From Lingula anatina (lineage: Eukaryota; Animalia; Brachiopoda), in the NCBI GenBank assembly GCA_051362555.1, contig CM120643.1, positions 27,284,848 through 27,348,847 of the forward strand: 64,000 nt of DNA, read 5' to 3'. This document shows, in pieces, positions 11,848-23,959 of the stretch (position 1 is the first letter of the stretch; each line of letters begins with the position of its first letter). The notes beneath the pieces are model-generated. The model had not been told where the DNA came from, made no database searches, and saw only the letters and a program-made list of their open reading frames with translations. The position numbers were made by a program, and so were the translations under genes.

Positions 11848-13995
11848 CAGACGTGAAGAACATTACTATTCGTCTCCCCGAGACCCCGGTCCCTGCAGTG
11901 GAGACCACCTACATCTGCGTCATCGTAGACCTCCCGACGGACGGAGACTACCACATCATTGCTGAAACCCCACTGATCGATAATACGAACGTAATGCATC
12001 ATATTGTCATGAGCGGATGCCATGACTCTGGTGAGTAACGTGACATAAACACGCCTCGATTATGACGTCACATTTAGGATATTTGTAACATCTGACCATA
12101 CTTGTATTCTGGTGGGATTAAAAAATATATTCATAGCATACGTCCATATTATTCAGAACATGAAATGTTTAGAATAGTTTTGTTGGTGGACATTCCATCA
12201 GAAAGAATACCTAAACAAGTAGTCTTGCGAAATAGTCTGGCCCAATATTATGACGCCATGTACTGTTCAGTTTCCAGGTATGAATGGTTATTTGAACACT
12301 ACTGTAGATATTTATCTATTAAAACCTTTGTTTATTTATTTATCTATTATCTATTTGCTTTTATAGCCGAAACGAAGAGCACCCCGTACCTATGTGGGAT
12401 GGAGGCGGGACTGGATGTGAAGTGTGGGGACCTGATAGGCGGCTGGGCGCTCGGTGGAAATGGCGCCTGTTATCCGCCAGAGGCTGGTATCCGCATTGGA
12501 TCACGTGGGTACAAGCGAGTCAAGATGGAGGTATTAATTTTAAAATTAATGTATGGACCCTTGATCTCAAATAACAGTTGGGTTGGAAGGGGGGTTTCTT
12601 ATTATTTTCTTTTTGCTTTGCTAAACTCATCAGATAATTTATAATGGGCGAGGACATCTTTTAATGAAACACGACAGATGCAAGGAGAGAAACTACTTAG
12701 TTTTATCTCGTTTCGCTTTGTTGTTTATCGGGCGCTGGTGAGGGAGAAATAATACTGTAAATGGCGCAATATAACCTATCTTGTCATGATCATCAAGCGC
12801 GACGAGTATTAATTTTGTTTTCAATTTAAAAAGCGGTTAAAGGCCATATTCTCTGCTGTCACAAAGCTTTATAATAATGACAATAAAAGCACAACACTGT
12901 CTAAATATGATGCAAATGCTGTTAACCACATAATCTAATGTCAACTAACTGTATCTGGACCAACTGTTCACAGCTCCACTGGAACAACCCAGAGAGGAGA
13001 TCAGACTACACGGATCAGTCCGGCATGGTGTTCTACTACACTTCAAACTTGAGACAATACGACCTGGGAACCTTCGTCGTCGGTCAGATGTCGCTTACGG
13101 TGCCCCCTACTGGCGGTCACGTGACCTTCGGCGCGCGATGCGGCTCCGCCTGTACCAGTGAGCTCTTGGAACACAACATTATGATAGAAGCCGTCAATCT
13201 TCACATGCACTATCTTGGTAAGTACAGAATGTCAAAAATAGATGTATAAAAGTTCATTCAAAGAAAGGCCATACAACTGCAAAATGGTATTTTAATGTAG
13301 TACAACTGTAGAACATGTAGTGTAGTAGTAGAACATGTAGTGTAGTAGGAGGAGGAGGAGAACAAGAATACGAAGGCGTAAGGAGCTAAAAAAAAGTGGT
13401 GTCATCTTTATACAGCAATACAAATGTAGAATATGTAGAAGGAGGAGAAGGATATACGAAGGAGAAAAAGAGTTTAAAGTGGCATCGTCTTTATAAACCA
13501 ATATGTGCTTATTGTCCTAAATACTAAGGAAAGAACTTCGTAACCATAGATAGCATTAACGACGATCAGTCTGTTCTGCTAACGTTGTCTTCACTCGAAC
13601 TGGACAACATGCAGTTAACTTAAAATTAATAGCTTTCTACTTGACACTGGGATTCTGTATTGTATGCATATTACAATGTGACTAATACAAGTCATCTTAG
13701 TATAAATTAAATAATGACATAAGCCACCAAAAGTCACAAACTATTTCTAATGAATCGTATTCCGGATGAGTAAAGAGCTCGTTATAATAGAATTTCAACA
13801 CGCCCCTGGTGAAGGTTTATTAATTTGTATACCAACATTTGACGGTTGACTGTTTTTTTTTTTTGTTTTTTTTTTTTTAATTTCTCAGGGTACAGCGCAA
13901 AACTTGACCATTTCCGCAACGGGCAGCTGGTACAGACGCTCGGAGAGGACGTGGTCTATCAATACGACACCCCAGTGAATCACATGTGTGTAGAT

Positions 13996-14039
<44 letters not shown>

Positions 14040-15116
14040 TTATGCTAAGCTGACTATTGTTATTGTACAGATATTGATGTTCAACTCATACAGTTTTTGA
14101 GCAATTTTTCTCTTGACTATCAGTTCTCTGTCCGACTGTCCGACTGTCCACTAAAATAACATATCATTGGAGTAGTTTGCACAATGTATAAAGAAAGGGA
14201 AAGTGTGCAAAGAAAGGGAAAGTTTCATATTGTTTCTGAGACAATACCGGGATTCTGTTCGAAATAATTTAACATACTTCAAAGCTCCTCGTCTACTTCG
14301 TGAAATTAGAGATGTTTTACACTTACATTGGATGAAATAGCTATCTATTCCTGATGTTTCAGCTTATCCCCACCCGTGGAATTCCGCCCAGGAGACGAGT
14401 TCAAGTTGAGCTGTACTTTCAAACCTTCCACCAATGGACAGTTCGTCTTCTATGGCGAGGACACGGCCGCAGAGATGTGTTTCGGTTTTATCAATTACTA
14501 CCCAAAACAAAACTGGACTAGTTGCGTGGACTACGCGGACATTCCTATGTGTGAGATGCAGCGGCAACTGGCAAACCAACAACCCATTACCCTCAAAGAT
14601 TGTGACGTGAGTGGGTTCTTTACAGCCTTGGGTATTCTACAACACGCCGCCAAGGCGAATGTGACCGGTCCTCCAGTCAACCCGAACGTGACTGGTGAGC
14701 AGGTCCTGTGGGGGAATATCACCTATGATCCCGCACGAGTTTTGTCAATATGGAGGCATATGCTGGGTTTAAAGAACGCCTGCGTGCCAGGGGCGACTGT
14801 TTGCACCCCAACATGCTTTGCCGCTGTCTACGCTCTGAAGGCCTCCGACCCTTGTTTTACAGGCGACATGTATTACTTCTTGACACAGTATATGAGCAGA
14901 TGGTGGGGCTTATCTGAACTACTGGGAGGGACGACGTACGAAGCCATCGCCACGTGTGACCTCAGCGCCCTCTACGCCGCTATGGCCACCACTACATCTG
15001 CTCCTTCCCCGCAGTCCAGCACACCTGTCCAGATCAGCGGCACCCAGCGGGCGACACCTGCCGGACTGCTAGGTCTCATCATGGCACTGAGCACTCTGGT
15101 CCTTAATAGAGGGTAA
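9385..15116 (+). CDS. Temptin-domain copper type II ascorbate-dependent monooxygenase (DBH/MOXD/tyramine beta-hydroxylase-like), 8 exons, 630 aa, secreted, probably GPI-anchored
   Basis: Exons 9385-9606, 9973-10105, 10573-10671, 11851-12030, 12367-12530, 12974-13217, 13889-13985, 14363-15116. All introns are GT-AG and phase-consistent (1893 nt total). Signal peptide ..SLIILLVLIPWISG; temptin motifs YQDRIPNG..HPC..WPGVGH..GGGARNPFGLDF and LCRKDSDGDGRTNGEELGDPNCVW..SHPGVCEP; CuH ligands VMHHIV and LHWNN; CuM ligands LHMHYLG and EMCFGF; Ser/Thr/Pro stalk and hydrophobic C-terminus. Confidence 0.92.
10434..10526. repeat. (TTA)n/(TTG)n microsatellite in intron 2
   Basis: Visible. Confidence 0.95.
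11768..11846. repeat. (TTA)n microsatellite directly upstream of the exon 4 acceptor
   Basis: The run ends ...ATTATTCCAG|ACGTG. Confidence 0.95.
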
Positions 15117-15285
15117 CAACCACCCATAATCCCCTCTACCAAAACCACTTTTGTCGCCAGATGTTTTCTTAAAAGAAGTATTTTGTTTGTCTGTTCACCA
15201 GCTGTGCACATGAAGTTAGTTCTGTGTGGAGAGGATTTCTGCGCAACTACCCACGTGATCACGTAGCCGACCTATGGTAGAGAGG

Positions 15286-15291
15286 AATAAA
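15286..15291 (+). promoter_or_regulatory. Candidate polyadenylation signal for the monooxygenase gene
   Basis: First AATAAA about 170 nt after the stop codon. Confidence 0.4.
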
Positions 15292-15409
15292 TGGGAAAAT
15301 AATTTCTTTACATCCTTTGACAGTTCTGCCGAAAAGTATTCATGAACATCAGATTGTTCTTTTTTTTAATCCTGATGACGATTTCCTCTTGACTATAAAT
15401 CTTCTTAAC

Positions 15410-15690
15410 ATTCTGGACAGCGTCGTATACTAATACTCGGAAAATTGCACATGTACATATTGATATAGGATAAAATAATCTGTACATTCTGGATAGCATC
15501 GACCACAAATACTCGGAAATTTCATATTGGTCAAGGATAACATGTCCTGCAAATATCTTGACTTACTATTTGAAATTACTAACACATATGGACAGCGTCG
15601 TCCAATAATACTCGGAAAATCGCACATTGATATAGGATTAAATTACATATTGATATTGGATAAAAGCGCATACTGATAGAGGATAAAATG
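15410..15690. repeat. Degenerate tandem repeat array
   Basis: Recurring GGA(C/T)AGC(G/A)TCG..AATACTCGGAAA and TGATATAGGATAAA units. Confidence 0.7.
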
Positions 15691-15933
15691 TTTTGTAAAT
15701 GTAAAGGACCAGATATCCGTAGGAGTAGGTGAAGAAGGAAAACTCATTCAGTCTCTCAGTTGAGTAATGGTTTCCTTTTACTTATTTAATCGTTTTTAGA
15801 CAGGTCCCAGACTAATGTCTCGGTAACATGTGTCTGAGGTAGGAGTCAGTAAGCTGTGACGTCAATTTTTAAACCACCTAGATGTGACGTCAATTTCTTA
15901 ACCAATTACATCACAGTGATATATCAAGAGTGT

Positions 15934-15980
<47 letters not shown>

Positions 15981-18900
15981 TTATATTTGTACGTTGGCCT
16001 ATTTTTCCACAAGAACATATTGTACATACATACATTAACCTCTTTGAAGTTAAACATTTTAACGAGTTTGAAGTAGGCTCTTGTTCTTTAGAATTCAAAT
16101 GTTTTATACTAGTAGTTCCAATGTGAAATATGCATGTAGTGGTATAACTCTCCTGATTCCTTTCATTGGCATGCTTTGGAAACTCTGGTAACTTTTACAG
16201 GAAAACCTTCTTTAAGAAATTAATTTCTAGTATTGGAAATAAAATGGAAAAAACGTGTAAAAACATTCATTTAATGACGAGCATCTCAAGATCGAAAGCA
16301 CCGACACGTAGTTATATAGCTATCAGGAATTTCTATTTCTACTTTTTATGGCAAATCCATGTACACGTCAGTATTTTGTTTGGAGCCAAGAACCCGATTT
16401 ACCTTACATTCTAAAGATCAGAAAAAATATGTATTACAGTATCCTAAAAGATTAATACCGAAACGTGTTACGATTTGCTTAAACGACGGCATTGACGAAC
16501 TTTCGATTTCTACTTAACAATTCCACAATTTTGGCATATAACCAGTGGTTATAATAAAGTTCTTTCTACCATGATATCTGTTCATTTGGTTGAATGAATG
16601 TGTTCTGTGAGATAATTGCCAGTTTCCCGGGTGGGGCAAACAATTTATTTCAAGTACTGCTACTGTTATTCAATATCTCAGGACCTCACGTATACTTACC
16701 CAGTAGAAAAAGGAGTATGAAACATACAAAACAGCCTGTCTAAGATAAATATCATTGGCATTTCCCTGTTGTGTTGGTAATTTAACAAACGCACAAACAA
16801 ATTAATACCACCGAACTACAAATGACTAAATATTTTACATAAATCTCACTGGTTAGCTGTGTTTTTTTAAGCCAACATTGTGCGTAGACGTATTGATAAT
16901 CTACGTTGATACTGGTACTGTGAAACTGTAGTATGTGTCTCCGGTATGTGATGGCCTTTCTCTACTCTGGGTTTCAGTTGACTGAAAAATCCTCTTCTTT
17001 CGTCCTTTTCGGCTTGACTGCCAACCATTTTAGCTGCAGGCTATAAGCAAATTATATACATGGTGTATCTGAACAAGTCATGCTTTTGAAAAAGGAAGTT
17101 AGCATCCAGGCGTTTTGCTGACTACTAATTCTTTCTAGTGTAAAATATCTAATTGAAAAGTTCAATAAATAATAAGTTAAATTATCAGACGCATGAAGTA
17201 ATTATTTATGTTTATTCAGTTTTGCTTATTACTATTGTCAATTAACGCCTTTTGTAATGTGATTTTCAATACATTAAACACATCTAAAAGCATCATTCCA
17301 TCATTACAGATGAAAATGGGGTTTTCACTTGTTTGTCTGTCTAATATTTGTTTGTTTCTCTGCTCGTATGTAATTTGCCAACCATCGCAAATATGAGCAG
17401 AAACCACACAGAAATAACCCCATTGGCATGTTAGACCGTCACAATGACGCAAATAACGCCGGCTTTTTCCTACGTCCACTTCACTCCTCGATTTCGTAAG
17501 CAAAGACACACTTCGTCCCACCTATGTGAGATAGATGTAAACACCCTTGCGTGTGCCAGAAAACTCTGGCATGCTAATTAAGTGCAGTGTTGACGAACGC
17601 AGTCATCTTTGTTATTTTCTTTTTGACGCGCATCAGCCTACATACTTGTATACCTAGTCATGATCTACCAACACGACATTGATTTGTTGGCAAAGTGCAG
17701 TAATAGTACGGGGTGTGCCCAAACTCACGGCACACAGGGAACATCATCATACTTGTAAATAACTTTTTATCTGTCACACAAATGGGTATAAACGCTTCTT
17801 AGAATCACGGAAATGGTGGAAGTCACATGTAAGATGTAAAATACAGACTTGACATTTAATATGGAATATTTCAGTTTTGAAGCTATGCCTTGGTAAAAAT
17901 GCATTCTTTTTTCAAAAAACACCGATCTCATATAAGATTTGTGAATAGAGAAGTGTGAAGTCAGGTGTGTCGCTACCAATTAAATGACTTCCATGTCTTT
18001 TGCGCTGCTACATTATGTAATATGCAGTAATTTAATCGGGTAGTGTTCATTTGGGCTGGTCAAAGCTTGGGTTAGGCAAAGGTAGGCAAAAAGTATCCAC
18101 ATGTCGGCAACTACTGCATAGAAGAATTTTAAATTTTTCATGCAAGTGGCCAGTTTTGCAGTGCGTAAAATGAGGTAAGTAGTGCTTTACAATTTTGTTA
18201 ATCTGTGGCAGAATGGCGCGAAAAAGACAGGCATTACCAGAAACATTATAGCGTTAAACGGAACGGTCCGCAGAGTTTTATAGAGTAATGCCCAGACTGA
18301 TGTACTTACACAGAGGTCACACCCAATGTATCGAAATCTTACCTCTAGGGTACAGGACCCACTGTCTTTCGGGATACGCTGCTGCAACTAAACAAAACCA
18401 CCCACTCCGTTCAGAACGAGAGGCAAATTGCCACAAAAATGCGTTTTTCAAGGCCCTTAGCAAACACCAAACCGGTTTTAGCAGGTTAGGATACCAGACG
18501 ACCTCCGAGGTACCCACTGTAAACAGCAAAATATCGTCGCCTGTTTCTCTAGTGAATTGGGGGCCATGACCATTTCTGGGCAGAACACTGAAACCACGTG
18601 GCTTTCCTTATTGAGGTCAGATTTCACCTGTACCGTCCAGCTAGTCAAAACAGAGTTTACAGATTTCCAGAAAAGGCCTACGCCGAAGCATGTGCCGCGT
18701 CTAAAGTGACACGGGGCATTGACAGCGTCAGTATTTGGAGTGGATACCACTTCTGCACCAGATCAAATAAAGGAATAATCTGGGAACCACTTGAATATCA
18801 TTTGAGAGGAGGTACCTTAGGAACAATCTGAGGTGGCACGGTGAGATTGCCGGTTCACACAGAGCACTTTTAATAGCAGAAAACTAACAGAACCAAGGGA

Positions 18901-19891
18901 ATGAGCAGCTACCCTGGTCATCAAAATCGCCACATTTGAACCGCATACACAATATGTGGGTAGGCCATTACTCGCCGAATCAACGGCCTACATGTCCTAC
19001 AACAAAACTGGGGCAAAATGGACAATTTTTGACCGATGCCTGGAATGTTATTCCTGATTGAACTCTAAAAACCTATCTCAAGGAATGCCTTGCCTCTTGA
19101 GAGCGCTGGTTACAGCCAAAAGAGGTCAGGCGTAACCAGCGACCGTTACTATGACTACACACTGTCAACATGAGGGTCCTTTGTGGAGAGTGTAACTCTT
19201 TTACAGACGATAATTTGGAAAATATGGAGATCCAAAATATCTATTTTAATGGTTGTCGTATTACATAGAATAGGCAATGCATTTCTGCTTGCTTCACTGT
19301 CGAATTCAATCAATGAGCTGATGTCAGCATGACATCAAAGAGATAATTTAAAGTTATTAAAACACGATTTTAATCCTTATTTTCATTTATCAGTCAGCAA
19401 AATTGGGAAAAAATGATGAAAAATGGTTTGGAAAAAATATTCCATATTAAATGTCAAGTCTGTATAATATTTTTCTTAACAAAAGGTACACCCAGGTTTA
19501 ATCCCCTTTTTTACTTCAACTTACTGTCACTTCCATCAGAAGTAACTGATTGGTGCCATTTCGCCTGCTATAAGAGCTACATGTAATTGTCATGTTCTCT
19601 CGCATTTCAGATGTCATTTGTTATCGTTATGAAATAATTAGCATAAGATACGATCTTATATCCTAAAATTCGAGTTCTCACATCATTGATGATTTCTGTC
19701 TTTAATACACAGAGTAAAAGTCGCATACATGTACCTTCAACTTGATGTTGACAATGGCGGGTCACAACGATGTTAACGACATCGTGAAGGTCACTGACAT
19801 TCATGTAGTTCTGAGGTAAACAAATTATTGACCTCAGCCAAAATCAACAACTGCATCATATTTTGATTAAATGTTATTATTATTATTATTA

Positions 19892-19936
<45 letters not shown>

Positions 19937-22900
19937 TGTTTATTGCTAACGTGTCCAGATTTTACGGACACCCTGTATGTTCTTTCAACAAACGTCAGGT
20001 GACATAGGTTCGTGACAAGACGTTTATTAAAGGGATCTCAATATGAGACGGAAGCCAATGTTTGTCAGGCATAAAAGCAAACATTGTCTCCCATTTCTAT
20101 ACTATATTTCTGTAGGAATGTGTGGCCAACAGTGTCCACTGCAAGGTCAGACTGGTCACTTTTATAACAAATTAATGTCTAGTAACATCAATAAAATTAA
20201 TAGCACAATAAGAAATAAAATAACTTTTAAAACAGTAAATGCAGTTTACGGGATGTTTTCCCCTTAAAATGTTGAGAATAAAACTGGCGTCTTCTTGAAC
20301 AAGCCTTCATCCAATATATGCATAGCCTGGCATGTACTGCTACCTTTGTTATAGTGAAGGCTGCGAGTCACAATTGTGATGCGAGGGAGGCAATACAAGT
20401 GTAACAATGTCAACTTTTTATTAAATTCTCGACATAGAATTTCCGAGAAATTCACTTTGGGAATCGAACGTGGGTTAATTTCTATCCAGCTTATCGAAGT
20501 GCCTTTTAAAGTTCAATTAATCATTGCCGTATTTCACAGTACCTCTTACTGTTTTCAGTGCCAGGAATGTCAATCATTCAGCTGGTCGCACAGGAATGGT
20601 GCAATTTAAACCACATGAATACTTCGTCATCTTTTGTGTCTTGATAATCTAGTTTACAAACATTATCTTAAGGCAAAGAGTTTCTGTTCAATTGGATCAC
20701 CTACATAATGCTACATAATTGTATTTCACCATTTACGTGATGGCTATCCGTGAGAACTGCTTTTGTAAAATAACGCCTGAATTGTTTTAACTTGTTCATT
20801 TTCAGTATTTCAGATCCTTTTTTATTAAATCTCGGCTCACTGTTGAACCCCCTAGGGCTTGTATTCTGAGAGATGCTTATTGGTCGGTCGATCGCAAATT
20901 TAATATAACATATATCAAAAAGGAAAGTTGGCAAAATATCAATGTCAAAAACAACAATAAGGAGGAAAGAAAAATATATATATGGTGGCGAGGAACAGAC
21001 ATAAACTCAACTGAAGAACAGACTTGGATATATGTATATAACTTTTTAATTCTCAGCCGAAAATGACACTTAAAACAGTGCTCACAAGATCGTCGCCATG
21101 TTGCCAATGGCCAGTGTTGTTACCCAGTAGCGTGGACGTGCAGATATATATATTGTTCAAATATTTGGAATGTGTGAGGTTACTTATTTATAAATAGTGT
21201 TCCTTTAGTCCATACTGCCACCTACTGGGACATTAAAAAGAATTTCAATCTGCTGTTGATTAAATTTCATCTTATGCAATAAGAAGGCAATCATCATGCT
21301 GCACACATTGGGTTCTTGAAATGAGTTTTAGTGAAGCAAATATGCGAGTATCACATTGGCTTACGTAGGCGCCGTGAAATTACGCCAACTTACCATATTA
21401 AATCAGATCACAGCACAGACATTTATGGTAATATTATCAATCTTGTTGTCTTTGCCTGATTGTGCGAGGTTCTTTTTTACGACTTGTGTCAATAATTCAT
21501 TGTTACCGCTTTGTACATGACAATGGTATGATAAGTACAGCGTCTGTTTTCACGAATGGAGCTCATTCAAGTAGGAGGAGGAGTGGGGGGCAAGTTTAAC
21601 TTTTGCTCTAACAGTATACTTTACAGTTACATTGCATCTATACAATTAGAATCAGACCAGGCAAGCGAGGCTAAGCTCCGTTTTATGATGCGTGCCTCCC
21701 CCCCCCCAAAAAAAAATAAATGAATAAAAAAATAATAATAATAAAAATCAGGAGTGTTATTAGAAAGTGGTTTGTATTTGGCTATCAATATCTGGGTCGA
21801 AAAGCTCTATTTGGCATTCTTATGTATGGAGTGTTTAGGATTGTTCAATTTTCATCTGAATGCAGTAGTTACGAAGGCCACACTGCCTGGCCACATATTG
21901 TGCAATTTAACATCTGTTTCTACGCATACTTTCTGCAAGTCTTAACAATGACCTGACTAAGAAACGACCAGCATTGCGTAACTGCTCAAATTGGTGTCCG
22001 AGGCGACCCCATTAACAAAACAGCCTCGAGATCATTACCCCGGTTTCAGCTGTTTAGGGGGGATTCACTGCCTCATGGCGTGAGCCGGCAGGATACTGAA
22101 CATAACTGAGCATACTAGCTGCTTCTTTGATTCCCATTTTCAAGAGATTGAAAACAGACCGAAATCAGAACGACTTGAGACCTTCTTAAGAGTGTCCTTT
22201 GGGTAAAAGTGAATATTTAGAGATAAAACTTGAAAATACATTGCAAAAGAGACCAGTCTTCGTCATTTTATACCTTAGCAAGCTGAACATATAACAGTTT
22301 TTTAAATGTATGATTTGCTAGCCTTCTTTAGAAATCTTACATACATATACGTTGATGTGCTGGGGCGTTCCGTTAAGTGTGGTTTTTGGGTGAAATGCAA
22401 GATTCAGGTGAAAGATAATGAACCGATCAGAGATCTGAAGAGCACAGTTATTCAGTGCATCTGCCGGCTAACCAATTTAACAATTTGTAATTCAAAACCA
22501 GTTGTCAAAATAGTGTGGTATCTCCTTTAGTGTGGTTTCCAGGTAAAAGCACAGACCAAGTGATATACGTGAGTAATTCTTTGGAAAACAGATAAACGCA
22601 GCATACCGGTGAATGAAGCAGTCAAAACATATGTCTACACGCAGCCGATATTCCGTATCAAAACCATCTAACACTGAACCGAAACGATGCAATTAGTGTA
22701 ACCTTTAGTAAAAGTTGAGGTAAGCCACGGAAGATTGATGGCTTGGTTATTTTTCATTAAAGATTGCTCTGCGATGGGTTATTAGTGGTAAAAACGACGA
22801 AGGCGCTCTACACTATTATGTTCGTCTTAATGCTGTATAGTATTTTCCCATTCAATCGAGTGCCTTAATTCACAAACAAACTACTTGTAAGACCGCAACT

Positions 22901-23927
22901 TAATGGTTGAACATAGTTTCAATGCAGAAGTCAATCAATGTAGAATACCTGTTTATTTTGTGATAAGCCTTTCATGTAATGAAAATAATTAGTCAAGTGA
23001 ATAACACCTGGTTTATCTTTGGCGAAAGAAGACAAAACCTTTGGTCTTCAATTAAAAAATTAGACCAATTTTTGGGCAAAAAAAATTCTTGAAGCCTTCC
23101 TCAGGGTGAAAAAAACTTTCTTCAAAATTATTTGCCAAATGTGAGCGAACGCGTGCAAGTCATTTCCGAAAGTTTTTTATTCTTTTGGTACACTAACTCG
23201 TGGTGATTTTTAAATATTAGAGGCAGATAGCGGGTCAAAATAGATTTTTAGCGAATGGACTTGATTAGGATGATACATTAATTCTCCTTCCATTGTCTGA
23301 TTTTACGTGTACAGTGTACCGAGCTGGCAGATTTATCAGTGCACGCGTGGCGTAACCATCTGTATAATACCATCACGTTACAATAACAAAACATGTGTAT
23401 GGGAGGGTGTTGAAGCCATACTTCATTTCAAGCCAGAGATGTTAAGTGGCATACACGATGAGCCGAACACGACTTGAAAACCCACAAGGGCAAATGAAAC
23501 AACGGAAAAAAACGCGGCATAAGGCAGATGGCTGGGTAGGTGTCGGCGTGCTTCGAAAACAGAAACGCAGACCTCCTCCAGTTCTAGCCGTAATAAGTGA
23601 ATTAGTCGGAGGGATATAGGAAAACATTTAATAACTAAGATTAAGATCAATCATTTGGACACCCGGAATTGGTTGAAATTGCTATATCTTCTCTCCCTTA
23701 TTTCATGAACATTTTTTTCGAAATCTTGGCCACCAACAAAAGCACCAATTCCTATATAAAAGCCTCTGCATTAGCAGAATATCCATAAAAAATTTGATGG
23801 AGCTTTTTCCTATATTGCAAGAACAAGTCCTACAAAAGGTATGTTGAAGGATGCTCATCGACCACCTCAAGTTTCAAAGAAAATTTAATTCCACTGTTTT
23901 AATGTCTCTGAATTTGTCTTACAGACT

Positions 23928-23959
<32 letters not shown>

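Noticed and set aside
11634-12023. Poly-Asn, poly-Leu and poly-Tyr ORFs (also 488-715 and 10364-10549)
   Set aside because: Translations of (TTA)n microsatellites in introns.
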